From contig JASVEC010000023.1 of assembly GCA_030770535.1 (NCBI GenBank), forward strand, positions 310,001 to 374,000: DNA of 64,000 bases. Direction: 5' to 3'. This stretch comes from Batkoa obscura (Eukaryota). The notes beneath the pieces were generated by a model that saw only the letters and a program-made list of their open reading frames with translations, made no database searches and was not told the origin of the DNA. A program made the translations under genes and the position numbers. Below, piece after piece: positions 24,918 to 38,235 of the stretch; within the stretch, counting starts at the first letter, position 1; every line of letters starts with the position of its first letter.

Positions 24918-25991
24918 CTAGTTTAAAAAAATAGCCTGTAAATTATCTTTTGGAAGTAAAGATTCTGAATTTGGTGTTAGTGCAATCACATCGCCATAAT
25001 ATTCTTTGTTTTCAATCAATTTATAAATTGTATCAACTACTTTATCAATTGGAACAAACCCACCTAATAAACCAATCTTTTGTTTAAAACTTTCTTTTTC
25101 TAAATGCTCTTCAATAATTTTGGTTGCTATTGATACTAGGTTAGACAATATAATAAATCATTGTAAAATATTTACGAGAAAAAGAAGGTGCAACTGCATT
25201 CACTCGAATGCCTTGTTCATTAAGATAGCCCATAAGTTTGGTTACATATATAACCTATATATTTAAATTAGGTATTATTTTATAAATGAAGTGCAATGAT
25301 TACCCCTCCTTTTGTAATAGAATAGATTGGAAGGATTGAAGTAGGTCTTAAACCAGCAAAAGAGGCTACATTAATTATACAAAAATCTTGTTTTGGTTGT
25401 GGATTCTGACTCTTTTGTTGCTCGAAGTGTTGGATAGCAAGTGAAGTTCCTTTTAACACTGAACGTAAATTAATGTCTAATATTGGATCAATAGTAGCTA
25501 AATAAATCAATTAGATTATTGCTTAAAAAAGAAAAAAGAGAAAAGAAAAGTACATGTAGATGTTGTAAATGTTTCCGATGGCCCAATACCAGCGTTATTG
25601 ACTATAATCTATTTTATGAGCTAACAATCAAATAAAAAATATTTATTACTTGTGCTCCACCAAAATGAACGTTTGCTTGTTCGAACAAATAAATCAAATC
25701 TTCTTCTTTTGTTACATCACATTCACAAAATACTATTTTTTTATCTTCTCTATTTTAATAAGTTAATGAATTTTTATAAATTTTATAGTTACTTATTGAC
25801 TTCAGTCTCCAATTCTTTTCCTCCTTTTATATCTACATCACCGACTATTACTTTAATACTTTGGAAATATTAATATAAATTTCTTTTATACATATTAAAG
25901 CTTACCCTTTATTTGCAAGAAATAGCGTTAATGCTTTTCCAAATCCGCTTGACCCTCCGGTAATAATAGCACAATTTTTTCCAATAGTCAT
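24918..25991 (-). CDS. Short-chain dehydrogenase/reductase (15-hydroxyprostaglandin DH-like), multi-exon
   Basis: Motifs CAIITGGSSGFG, VNNAGI, IINVAS, catalytic YSITK and GIRVNAVAP. Confidence 0.9.
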
Positions 25992-27050
25992 AACTGTTTT
26001 AAAGAAAATGATTAAATATTTCCATTATTTTTTATTTTATACTTTTTTTATCAGCATGTAATTCCTTGGAAGAGTGGCACAGGCATAAATAAAATTTAAC
26101 TTTAAACTATTTCTTCATTAATTCTGTTCTAGATAGTAAAAGCGGGATAAATTATTTAAAGTGGTATAATATAGCATTTTAATAAATACTAAGATAAGTG
26201 ATTTTCATATTTATAAAACTCATTATCTTAAAGTTATATTTCTTTGATCAAGATACCAAAGAAAGATTATATTATTAAACCCTATAATTTATGTATTCTA
26301 ATATTTCGATCTTATAGCCTTTTAAATGTATGTTTGTTATCCTTAATAACATCAATTTAGATTTATATTACTTAAATGTTTTATTAAAGTTTTGGTTAAC
26401 CTACGAATTAAGGTCAAGTGAATCATATTTTATGTTGTTAAATGAAATTACCCCTTGGGCTTTATTTGAAAAATAAATCCAATAAGAAACAAATAATCAT
26501 AAGGAAGTAAAAAGATCATTTCCAACTTATAACCCCTCTATGCTTATTGAATCTACTAAAATATTATTTATTTATTAGTACGTCAGGTTTGTAATGTTTA
26601 TCTAATATTTTATATAACTGTACCGCTTACCAGCTTAAATTATCAATATATTTAGATTGTATTTCCTTAACAACAGGTTTGTTTCCAGGTATGAAGGTCA
26701 AAGATTCCTTCCAACCTCCCTTCTCCGTCTTATGTCACTTTCTCTATATTGAACTGTCTTTCTAAAGGCCTTATTTTCTATAAGCATCTCTGAATCATAT
26801 ATAAAAGTTATACAGCTCTAAAGTTTGATCCTCCTAAAGAGGACTTTTTTCTTTCAACTCTATGTCTTTTGTATTATATAGGATTTTTTTTGAGGAGTAG
26901 AGATGAAATGATTCCTGTTTCGTCATTATCCAAAGATAATCAACTGTTGGACATAGTTATTATTTTACTAAGTAGGACCCACCAATGATCTTCTCCTTTG
27001 AGTTCATTGACTTTTGTATTTAAGCTTCTATACTGATTAATAAAACATCT

Positions 27051-27145
27051 AGGTAAGTATTTTTTGTTTAAGAATTTTACTAGTAACCTTTCCACTCAAT
27101 AGCGCTTAAAAAATGGAAAAGTAATGAAATCGAAAAAATATCCCC
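27051..27145 (+). mobile_element. ~98-bp MITE copy
   Basis: Matches consensus; TSD ATCT/ATCT. Confidence 0.83.
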
Positions 27146-28427
27146 ATCTGGGTTTCGGCTTTCCGAGAAAAAAATTAGATACTTCCTTCCAAGTATATAC
27201 CTAAATAGTAAAAGTAGCAAAAAACATGGGAAATGAAAATTATAATAATACAAATATCAATTAACGATTAATTATATTAATGGTCGATTACTTCAATAAT
27301 CTAATAAATTAGAATTCAAATTAATTTTTTAAAATAGTAATATCATGGAACTGATTTAATAAAAAGGAATCAAAACCCAGTTTTGAATATTAATTTCATG
27401 TGATTAACATATGGTCTATTATAATTATCATCTATAGATATCGTTTCGAATTAGGTTTATCTTCGCCTTACATTTTAGTAAAGAAAGGTTGCTTCATCTT
27501 TAATAAAATCGTTTTTTTAATCATTTTGAACTAAATAATTTAAACACTAAAAAAATCATTACAAATTAAATTTACTCATAATAGTAAATCTTAGATAGCT
27601 CATAATTCTAAAACGATTTTTATTTTTATTTTCATTCTTTATCAAGTTTTCTTTCATTAATATTATTTTTACTTTGAGCTATATATAATAAAATCATACC
27701 TGTATGTTAGTTATAAAGATTTTGTATATTAAGTTATTTCCGGCTTTTCCGGTTTATAATTCATGTTAATTCAAATATTTTAAAAATAAGATTTTCAAAA
27801 TGAATTTCATCCAACCAAAATAATGGTAATAAAAAACGTGTTCTTATACAAAATTCAGTTCCATTTCAAGTCTTCAAAATTAAGTAGATTACTTAGAAGC
27901 ACATAAAGACCGATTGATTTGATATTCATACTGTAGAGTATACATCCTAGTAATTTTTTAGTTAAGATCTATTCAATTGATAACACTTTTTTACATTGAT
28001 ATTATACCTTAAAATATATTGTTTGTTCATTTAATTAACTATAGAGAATATTATTATGAGAAACCTCGTCTTTTATTCTTTTATAAAAGTATTTGATATG
28101 TAAATGATTCAAATTAAGATTATCCTTGTAAAATATGTACAATGACCTAGTTCCTAATTTATATAATTCAGGCTATAAGTTAAAAAATCAAACTTAAAAG
28201 AATTGTTATTCAAGAATAGATTATTAAAATAGATAATAAGGCCACATTTGGGTATCAAAAAAGCTTAGGATACGCAAGGTTAAAAAATCGATCTTTAATA
28301 ATAACCAACAATTGTAGAGCAAAGGGGATTAAGTCAAGGAATTATATTGGCTGGAATAATAAATAAATGAATAAACTTATTTATTGAATTTTAACTTTTC
28401 AACAATCGAAGCTTTTTCTTTACTTGA

Positions 28428-29423
28428 ATGATGACTTTAGAGTGGGACTCAACTAGATCTTTTGCTTATGAAATTATTTTGTTTGTATTTTGCTTTTTTA
28501 CTATCATTTTAAATGGTTTGGTATTATGGGTTACAGCCACAAGAAGCAAAAGGGATAGAGCTATAGATAGTCAGCTTATAAATTTAATTGCTACCTTTGA
28601 TACTTTTGTAGCTATTATCTTAGGTGGTTCGCAAATATATAGATGGAGCAGTCATCAAGCCCATGATAATTTAGAGAATGGAATATGGTGTACTTTAAGC
28701 GCTGTTTTACTTAATGCTACAAGTTTCATCGCTTTAGGTTTGACAGCCCAGCTTTCTATCATTCGTTACTTAGCTATTGTTAAAGGATACGCTATAAAAA
28801 ATTACAAGTCAACAGTAGCCTCAATATCTGTCATTGTGTTTTTTGTAGTTCTTTTTATAGCTACTAGGGCTATAGGTGTATCAAGACTTATGCCTTCAAC
28901 CCTCTACTGTATCCCTACCACTGAGCCGAGAGCAACTGTTGGTCATACTATCTATACACTTGTAATTTTTCTAATAATTGCACCTGTTATCCTCAGTATA
29001 CCTGTTTTCTATGGTCTAGTATCGCTCCATTATTACAATTTAAGTGTTAAAATGAGAATGGAAACGGACGGTTTGAGGAAGATAGCATATTTCCCACATT
29101 CTCGTCACATCTATTATCTTTTTGCGTTTACTTTTGTTTATCTACTTTCTTTAATGCCACAACTTATTTTACTTATAGTTGAAGCAGCTTCCGATTTTAA
29201 AAGAGATTATATTATGGATTGTGTAACTCTATTTTTAATCTTTAGTGGCTCTCTAATTAACCCTCTATTCGTCTTAACTTTGCACCCAGAATCGCGTTCA
29301 AAGTTGGTATCTTTATTTAAAAGAGATTCAATGAAAGAACGCCCTGTTGATATTGATGTTGATAGATATAGGATGCACTCTGGTAGTCAATTGGTTAATG
29401 AATCTCATTTTTCCACAAATTAA
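28428..29423 (+). CDS. Rhodopsin-like (class A-type) 7TM GPCR, intronless
   Basis: Seven hydrophobic helices; TM1 LNGLV, TM2 NL...D, TM3 Cys plus IIRYLAIV (DRY-like), ECL2 MPSTLYC, TM6 Pro and TM7 INPLF. Confidence 0.85.
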   Translation: MMTLEWDSTRSFAYEIILFVFCFFTIILNGLVLWVTATRSKRDRAIDSQLINLIATFDTFVAIILGGSQIYRWSSHQAHDNLENGIWCTLSAVLLNATSFIALGLTAQLSIIRYLAIVKGYAIKNYKSTVASISVIVFFVVLFIATRAIGVSRLMPSTLYCIPTTEPRATVGHTIYTLVIFLIIAPVILSIPVFYGLVSLHYYNLSVKMRMETDGLRKIAYFPHSRHIYYLFAFTFVYLLSLMPQLILLIVEAASDFKRDYIMDCVTLFLIFSGSLINPLFVLTLHPESRSKLVSLFKRDSMKERPVDIDVDRYRMHSGSQLVNESHFSTN

Positions 29424-31413
29424 AGTTTATATTTATATTTACATTTTATTTACATTTTTTGTTTGTATTCACAGTTTTGATAATATATCTGATACCAAAC
29501 TACTGTATTTTAAGATTAAAATTAGACTTTTAGTAAAAAACAAACTACTCAAACTATACAAAATAAGGAAGTTTAATCTGTCGCCTTTATTTTTGTAAAA
29601 TTTTTTCCGAAAATTATTTATTGTTACTATTCTGAATACAAGATTCTATCATCATAAACTAGATTATTTATTGGAAAACGATAAAGATTCATATTGCTTA
29701 ATGTTTAAAATACAATTAATATTTGGTTCTTTATTTTGCATGTTTTTATTATAATTTAAAAAACAATTAATCTCTATTCAGTATCTAATATAAGATTTTC
29801 AATAAGACTTATGAGTACTCTTGATATGGATAGCACTTGCAAAAGATAGGTTGAATTAGCTTGATTCGGTTTAATTTTTAATATTTTGGTCATAAAATTA
29901 ATTATACAAAACGTTTTGGCGATAAAGAGATGATATTTTATAGTCACAAGCTAAGGATATATCGTATTAAAAAGATCTTGGGTAATACCATTACAGCTAT
30001 ATTTTCTTTTTGTAATCCAAACTACTTAGTTCAGTAAGCAGATGTATCAAATTTCAATATTCTAAGCTTTTAAAATTTACATAACTTTAATTCTTACAAG
30101 TCAGTTGAAATTACTATAGCCCTACGTGTTATACCTATAATCTGTTATAAAACAAATAGTATAAATAAAAATCTTATTCCAAAGCTATTATTTTCAAGCA
30201 ACTACTCAGTTTTAATATTAAAGCTCTGATTATAGCAACGTTAACGTTTGAAACAATAGAAAAATCTACTTAGCTAATCACATCCTTACATTTTAAACAG
30301 GTTTTAGATAAAAAAATATATGGCCGCTTTCAAACATGAATCCGAATTAATATGTAGCCAAAAAATAACAACCCCGGTTATTCATTTATGGCAGTAATTT
30401 ATCCTTGATTTTCATTAAAGTTGGTTTTCAGTTTTTAGAACAATTTAAAAAAGTTTGGGTTAAATTTCTATAATCCCTATAATGAAGCTATACTACTCTT
30501 TTACTATAAAAATAGTAAAATGATAGAATACATTATTGACATTGGTTTTCAAAAGAGCAATGTTTAGATAAGAAAATAATTTAAAACTGCCCTTTTTTGA
30601 TATTTTGTTGAATTACTCATAGGGAGATAGAATAAAACTGATTTTATAAAATTAAAGTAGTAGTCAAGTAATAGCTATAAACAACCAATAAACATAATAA
30701 AGTATCTTATTCTGATAGTAGTATTTTAAATAGTTATTTAAACCACTTAATAACTAAAATTAGCTTACATAAGATAGTATTGCGTTAACATTATTGTGTA
30801 ATGTGGAGCGTTGTATATTAACATATATACCTCAAATATAAAATATGGGCCCTACAATGATTTAATAATACGGCAAAGCTCTATATCATATTTTTAAGCT
30901 CCCAACCATTTAACACAAATGCAATGGTTATTGTTTTTTAGTTCAAATTTTACATGGGTGTAAAACATTACATCAAAATATAAAAAAATATTGTAAAAAG
31001 CAAAAATATTAAAATTTATTTGATAAAAATAAAAAATATGAGCAAATTCATTCCAATGAATTATAGATTGGTTTAACAGCTTGCATAATGTATTATGCTA
31101 TTTTTAACCCTTTCAGCCGCTTCATCTCTATCCTGAATTATTTAGTGACAATTTTTACAGTATATGGATTGTTGATTTTGTTAGTCATTGGGGTGTTGTT
31201 CAGAATTTAGCAAAGTTTTACTTTATAATGAACAGCTAAATAATTTATAAAAGAAATGAAGTGTTATAAATAATTCCTCTATTCAATCAAATTTAAATAG
31301 ATTAGCTAGACCCTAAATGCCTAAAAACTATGGTATTGATAGGAGTAATATAATATAAAAGTTGACATGATAACAGTAAAAAATAAAAAACATCTTACGA
31401 AGAAATATTGAAA

Positions 31414-32157
31414 ATGGATTATGATAAAATAGGGCAACAAATTCTTCATAATGATAAAATATATAACATATGTAGTATAGCATTTGGTGTAATAGTTACT
31501 ATAGTTGGTATGATAACTCTAATAAATGGCCAAAAGTCAAAGAAATTCCATCATTTTGTGTCCAGTTTTACTTCAATATTCCTTATATGTACAGGCGCTG
31601 GTTTAGTAATCATATACCTTATCAATAGCCCCTTTAAACCCACTATTATTTATCCTACCATCTTACATATGATTATAGCGTTAGTCGTTACTAGCTTTGC
31701 AATTTCTATTTTGATTTCAGCGTTTGCTGCCTATTATCATAAATTCTTTGGTTTTACTATTGGGTTAACTACTGTAATGACGATAGGCTATGGTATTGCA
31801 CTTCTTACTGAGCATTCTATTGCTATAGCTATGTTAACTCTTATTCCTGGTTTGATTGGTGGATTATTAGGCATTTTTTATACCAAAAAAATAGAAATCT
31901 TCGCTTCACCAGCTTTAGCTGGGTTCTTGATTTCTAAAGGAATATATTTTATAACAACTAGAGCAATTATTTTAAAGCTTAGTATTGAGCTATACAGAAC
32001 ATTTTACTACGATATTACCGTCATTGCTGTTGCCATTCAAATGATTATCATTGGCATTTTTGGTGGCTATAACTTGTATTTGTTTTTAAAAAAGAAAAAA
32101 ATAGCAATTCATCCATTGAATGAAGATAGATTAAGTGAAATTGTGTATAAAAATTAA
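31414..32157 (+). CDS. Multi-pass membrane protein (DUF4203/TMEM198-like topology)
   Basis: Intact 247-aa intronless ORF with about 7 Gly-rich TM segments. The family assignment is tentative. Confidence 0.55.
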   Translation: MDYDKIGQQILHNDKIYNICSIAFGVIVTIVGMITLINGQKSKKFHHFVSSFTSIFLICTGAGLVIIYLINSPFKPTIIYPTILHMIIALVVTSFAISILISAFAAYYHKFFGFTIGLTTVMTIGYGIALLTEHSIAIAMLTLIPGLIGGLLGIFYTKKIEIFASPALAGFLISKGIYFITTRAIILKLSIELYRTFYYDITVIAVAIQMIIIGIFGGYNLYLFLKKKKIAIHPLNEDRLSEIVYKN

Positions 32158-32548
32158 GCTTGATTATAGTGTTTTATTAATAAACTTATATATTTATTCT
32201 ACTATTTTAAAGTATTTTATTCACATATAGCTAAACATTAATTGTAATATAATCTGATGCTTTAGTTGCTTTAAGTTTATACTGTCAAAAAACAAATAGT
32301 ACTGCTGAAAAAATAGATGTACTGACAAATTTCGGGCTATTGAAAGTAGTAATTATATGTAGTACATAGAAACCAAGCCGTTAATATATAATTTGAACAA
32401 TATAGACGTAAAAATAAGTATCCATTAAAACTATTATTTTACAGATGGTTTCAACTTTTTTTTTCTGGCGTAATGTCACTTAAATAACTAAATACACTCA
32501 AAAAAAAGCTCTAAGATTAAAAACTAAGAACCCGATACCTCAGTAATA

Positions 32549-32622
32549 CGCTCATAACTGGGATCGAACCAGTAACCTCCCGATTAACAGTCGGACGCGC
32601 TAGCCAATTGCGCCATACGAGC
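32549..32622 (-). tRNA. tRNA-Asn (GTT)
   Basis: Reverse complement GCTCGTATGGCGCAATTGGCTAGCGCGTCCGACTGTTAATCGGGAGGTTACTGGTTCGATCCCAGTTATGAGCG; anticodon GTT. Confidence 0.95.
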
Positions 32623-33118
32623 AACTGAGTTCTAGTTGAATTTTAGGATAGTAAAAAATATATTAATTTTTTTAAGGACAAACCTTATAGTTACTGCTAA
32701 TCGGATGTCTAATCCGCATACAGGAATTAATGATTTACCCATGTAGGATTACAATTATATCTAAATTAATTAACTATTTAATATATTGTTATATCATTCA
32801 TGGTCTGGTACTTTATAAAATAGGTTGTAATTTATATTGTATTGGGCTAGAATATGGAAGTATACGATAGAAATAAAGTTTGATAGTATTTTACAGTCTA
32901 TATTTTATGAATATTGCTAATAGAAATCATTTTTTAAATGACCAAAAGTTTAACATATTTCACAACAAGCACAAAATGGTTCCAATAATTTTTATATAAT
33001 AATACGCATGACAGAAGGTCACTTTTGCAATCAAATAACCTTACCTGAATTATTTAAAACAGGTATAAAATAAAAGGAAATCATTTTTTTAATTAGTATT
33101 ATTAAATCGAAGACAAAA

Positions 33119-34207
33119 ATGGATAACAAAAAATGCGCAATTGTTACTGGAGCTGCTTCTGGGTTTGGTAAAGCTTTAACCTTAATGTTGGTTAAAAATG
33201 GGTACATAATAATTATTTAAAGAAATATAAAGTTTTTAATAAAGCTGTATATTAGAATTAAAGTGATTGTCGCCGATATTTCAGTCGAAGAGGGTCAAGC
33301 TTTTGAAAAAGAAGTCAATAAGTAAGTTGAAAATTAAAGTTAATAACAATTAACATATCTATTATTATTCAGAAATGGAAAGAATATTGTATTTGTCAAG
33401 TGCGATGTTACCAAAGAGTCTGACTTGATTAACTTATTTGAACAAGCTACTCAACACTTTGGTGGTGCTCAGGTAAAATTTTCTAATAACTACTATAAAC
33501 AATATTTATGAAATTAAATAGATCATGGTTAATAATGCCGGTATTGGACCAGCAGAACACTTTAATACTACTACAAGTAATAAAACTTAAGTAGTTTCCT
33601 ATACATTTACTAACAAAGAATAGAGGCCATTGATTCAGTAGTAGCTGTTAATTTAACAGCTGTTTTGAAAGGAACTTCTTTAGCTATTCAACATTTTAAT
33701 CAACAAAAAGCAAAATCAAATCAAAAAGATTTGGATTTTTCAATTATCAATGTTTCCTCACTTTCTGCAATCATCCCATTAACTATTTCTCCAGTTTACT
33801 CAGTTACGAAAATGGGTGTAAGATTATTATCTTAGTTGTCTTTTTATTTATTTAATGTTTTCTTTTTAGGTGTTATATCTTACTAAAAACTTTGATTATT
33901 TATCTAAAAAAGGAATCAGAGTTAACGCCGTTGCCCCTGCCTTTTCACGTAAGCTTTTATATCATTATTTATTAATATAAATTTCTAATTAAATCTAGCT
34001 ACTAAAATCATGGATAATGGTAAGAATAGCTCAGTATTCAAAAAAATAGTTGAAAGTCAAGGTGGTTTAATCCCAATCGAAAAGGTTGCTAATCAAATGC
34101 TCAAATTAATCCAAGACAAGTCAGTTTTTGGTGAAGTAGTAGTTATTGGGCCCAATAAGGAGTATCTTGTACCTAAAAACCCATTAAAAGGATTAAATAA
34201 ATTATAA
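33119..34207 (+). CDS. Short-chain dehydrogenase/reductase (paralog of 24918..25991), multi-exon
   Basis: Motifs CAIVTGAASGFG, CDVT, VNNAGI, YSVTK and GIRVNAVAP; intron positions match the paralog. Confidence 0.92.
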
Positions 34208-34274
34208 ATTTATTAAATGTTTAATATCAAATAATACACATTTTCAATTACTGTTTTAAAATAAATTCATTTTT

Positions 34275-35590
34275 TTAATTATTTAAATTAGCTAATACAT
34301 CTGTAGGTAAACAATAAGCGGAATCTATACTTTTTAATTGTGAGTTTCCTAATAATGATAGCCCTAAATAGTAATTAACAACCTGATAAACAATGAATGG
34401 TAAAACATACCTGTTAGCCCAAATAAAGTATGGAATACGTCACTCATATGTCCAGGTCGGTCACAAAAGCCTCCAACTTCAACATCCTTTAATAAAGCAT
34501 TAAGTATAACATTATGTTTAGTATTGTTTTGTTACCTGACATTGTAATATAAAATTTGTCAATTTATCTTTATCAATCCAATCTACTCTATCTAACGTTT
34601 TTAAAGAGGACAATACCCACCATGAATAACATACCTTTAAAAATTATTAAGATCTTTATACAATTATAGTCAGTGAAAAAATTACATCTTCTAATTTTTC
34701 TGGGCGTCCATTTAAGCCACCATTAGGTAACTGTCTTTCAGCCAGCCACCAAGCTAAGCGGTCTCTTTTATCTCCCAAAAAGTCAAGCATATTGATGATC
34801 TTTAAGCTTGATACGCAACAGAAAACTAAATGTTACATCACAATAAAACGAAAAACAAAATTTATGAAAGACTGCTTACTTTGTCCTGCATGTGATTCTG
34901 CCCCTGGTATTGCTCCAAATCCAGAATCATAATTAAAACATTCAATAATCGAATTGGCTATCAAAATAAGATCAATCTCATTTAAAGCATTTAATAAAGA
35001 TAATGCATTAAGCGCTGAATAGCTAAACCTTGTATCCTTTTCACCCCATTTATCACCCATAAAGTGACCACTTTCTAGGCATTGTAACCCTTTTATAAAT
35101 TGAATGATTTTTGGTTTAATGGACTCGATTCTGTCCAATCTATTGTAGATAGCTAATATTTGGATGCCGCTTAATGTATATAATAGATGAGAATCATGAC
35201 CTGGGCTGCCACCAAAACCTCCGTCTATGAAATTAAGCTATTATTTTTATATTTATATCATTGTTATAAATTACCTTCTTCATTATAACATTCTAATACA
35301 AATTTGATTACATCTTCTTTATCATAGGTATCCAAGCTATCTAATAAATACAATGCGGTTACACTCCAATAAATGGCGCTCAATTTTAAATGTTCCGAAT
35401 GCCAATATTCTAAAGTATCTTTTTTCTATGGAATTTAATTGTTAATGTTAGAAATGGAATTACTTATTATATAATCTTAAAACAATATCATTTTGTAATA
35501 TTTAGTAAATTGAAATAGCTGAAACAAAATATTTACATCATCTAATTCCTTTAAAAAGCTTATATGTTTTTCTATCAATAAGGGTTGCAT
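34275..35590 (-). CDS. BET2: Rab geranylgeranyltransferase (type II) beta subunit, multi-exon
   Basis: Motifs [69 protein letters not shown] and [12 protein letters not shown]. Confidence 0.93.
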
Positions 35591-36353
35591 TTTAATATCG
35601 AAAAAAGTCAAAGTCGATTTTCGTGTTTACTCTGTTTTGGCTTTGGCTTTGTAAATAAAAATTATTTTTTGATTATTTCAAATAATTTGTTCAATTTTAA
35701 AGAAAAATAAAAACTAACTCAAAAAGAAAAAAAAGTTAATTCATGAAACTAGGAATTTCTATCTAGAGGAATCATTGGTAAATGAAAGGATACTAAAAAG
35801 TAATGAAGGACCATCTTGTTGATGGACAGAGAAGCACATATAATGAACTAATTATATCAAAAGTGAAAGCATTTTCCTACTTCACAAATCTAAAATCCAT
35901 CATTTAAGACACAAAAATCATTTTAAAACATTAATAGACTTAGAAAAAGAAGGTTATAACAATTATTTGGCAATGTCATATATAGGATTTTCATAAAAGC
36001 TCTTATTAAATGTATAATATAAGAAGTTTCAATCATTCTTGGTATTATTTACTGCTCACACTGTCTAATTTGTATTGTTTTCTCGATATTGCTTTTTATA
36101 AATAAATAGTTAGTCATCAAAAAAATAGTTTGTATAGTTCGAAAATTTGTGTGTTTTTAATTGTTATTTTTTATATAATTAATGTAAATGAAACATGTGT
36201 TTAAAAAATAGACATAGTATAAATTAAAACTATATAAATATATTATAAAGTAAACATTATTAATATTTAGTTAGCTAAAAAGAGCAATTTTTATGTTTTT
36301 CCTTAAGGCAAAATTTAGATTGACTTAAAACTAAAATACTAGAATATATATAT

Positions 36354-36453
36354 GGGAATGTATTTTTTTGTGTTTAAGAATTTTACTAAATTTTCCATTC
36401 AAATAGCACTTAAAAGATGGAAAAAGTGATGAAGCTAAAAAAGACGCCCCCCC
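36354..36453 (+). mobile_element. ~98-bp MITE copy
   Basis: Matches consensus; TSD ATAT/ATAT. Confidence 0.85.
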
Positions 36454-36597
36454 ATATATTAAAATCAACAAATACATTATTGATTTAAAATTATTTTAAT
36501 TTAATAGTGTGATGCTTGAGTTTTTAACACAATTTGAAAAATCAATTTTTATTATCGAAATAATCAAAATAAGCCAATCAACTCTTTTTGTGATCAA

Positions 36598-37870
36598 ATG
36601 CCCAATAACTCAATTAATTACCAACCATTGTAATCAAATATAGGGGGATGTTTTTTTTGACTTCGTTACTTTTTCCATTTTAAGCACTATTTGAACGGAA
36701 AATTTGTTAGTAAAATTCTTAAAAACAAAAATACATCTTCATATATTAAACATGTTAATCCAGGTGGTTTATTTGATTTGCGCTTTTTGAATAAATATAT
36801 ATTTAAAAATATAGACTATATGCTATCAAGTGTAATATGATATATTCGATTTACAATGATAGCAAACATGGTGAATATAAACGATATAAATAAAAAGTTA
36901 TTGAAAAAATGGGTTATTGATGACACATGTAAGTACTGACACTTTTACTCTTGAAGAGTTATTATATTGTCCAAATATTAAGTCTTTCGAGTTTTTTGAT
37001 TTAGTTATTGATAGTGAGGACATTAGTCTCTATGATAGTGTAGTGAGCATTCCATTATCAAGATCCAAAAAAACAAGTATAATTCCTTATGAGTATAAAA
37101 TTTAAAGTTTTTTCACTAATTATTTAAATCAAATTGAGTATTTCAAATCAGTTGAAACGGATAGTATACATATCAAAGAAGCAGTCAAGCATTTGAATCC
37201 AAACGACTTAAGATCATTTATATTGTTCTCTGAAGGATCCTTAAACATTGACGAAGCGAATGTCATCAAAACAAGTTTCAAAAAGTTAAAAGGATTGCGT
37301 TTAAAGTATGATACAGTTGCTATGTCTCATCCAATGTTTAAATCAAATACAAAATTTGAATCCAGTTTAGAATTATAGGTCAAAGGGTTTCCAAATAATA
37401 AGACTATTCAATGTTTTAGGGATTTAAAGGGATTAAAAATAGAAACTTAATAGATAGCAATGCTGTAGTTTTTGCAGAAAATAACGCTAACAATAATATT
37501 AATTTATCTAAAGTCACTTAAGTAGTATAAAGTATATTTATGCAGATAATTAAATTAGCGAGACATTTGGTAATTTATTAGGCATAATAGAAGTGTGCAT
37601 CCCAGAGTTGTCAGTAAATTTATTGGGATCTATATTTTTAGTATCGAATATTCAGGAAATTTGATGTGAAAAGGGATTGATTAATATTCATATAGTATCA
37701 AGTTGTTTTGAGTATATATTTAGTATATCTAATTTTCTTGATGGTCCACATAAATTGATTCAATGTAAATTTATAAAATAAATCGAAGTGTGGTCTTATG
37801 AGGAGATGCTTATAAGATTTAGTCGTTTTTTATCTATTTTTCCAAAGCTTAATCCTTTACTTTTTGAAAT
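36598..37870 (+). pseudogene. F-box family 1 pseudogene interrupted by a MITE
   Basis: LPTIVIK[MITE]..KHVNPGGLFDLRFLNK, YCPNIKS, FRDLKGLK and FLSIFPKL, with many stops and frameshifts. Homologous to 42346 and 48558. Confidence 0.85.
36642..36740 (-). mobile_element. ~98-bp MITE copy inside an F-box pseudogene
   Basis: TSD ATAT/ATAT; splits the F-box motif. Confidence 0.87.
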
Positions 37871-38163
37871 CAAGTGTAAATTCCGGGGATACTTACTAGA
37901 AGATACAGTACAAATAAAAAAGAAGGACAATTATTCAAGCAGCTACAAGAGGAAAGTAGAGTTTTTATAGTTCAAACACTATGATTTTATAAAAGACTGT
38001 AAAATCTTGTACATGATAATTTTCTTACATCTACTTAATAAATCAAATACTGTAGTGATGCGAGAAGTTAAAATATTTCACAATATGTACGGCTATAATA
38101 ATCAGTATAATGGACCCAACTAGGGTAAAGGCTATTTTTCTATCAATGAATTAATAGTTATCT

Positions 38164-38235
38164 GGGATATGATGAGTTTGTGGACTTTAGTTCTTTTGAG
38201 CGAGGAACCGCAAAGGAAAAAGCAGTTCTGATCTT
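38164..38235 (+). ncRNA. Candidate box C/D snoRNA
   Basis: Box C ATGATGA at 38169-38175 and box D CTGA at 38228-38231. A terminal stem GGGA/TCTT sits in K-turn register and the ~70 nt is locally GC-richer. No target identified. Confidence 0.3.

Noticed and set aside
28428..29423. Fungal type-2 opsin
   Set aside because: The Schiff-base Lys position in TM7 is Phe.
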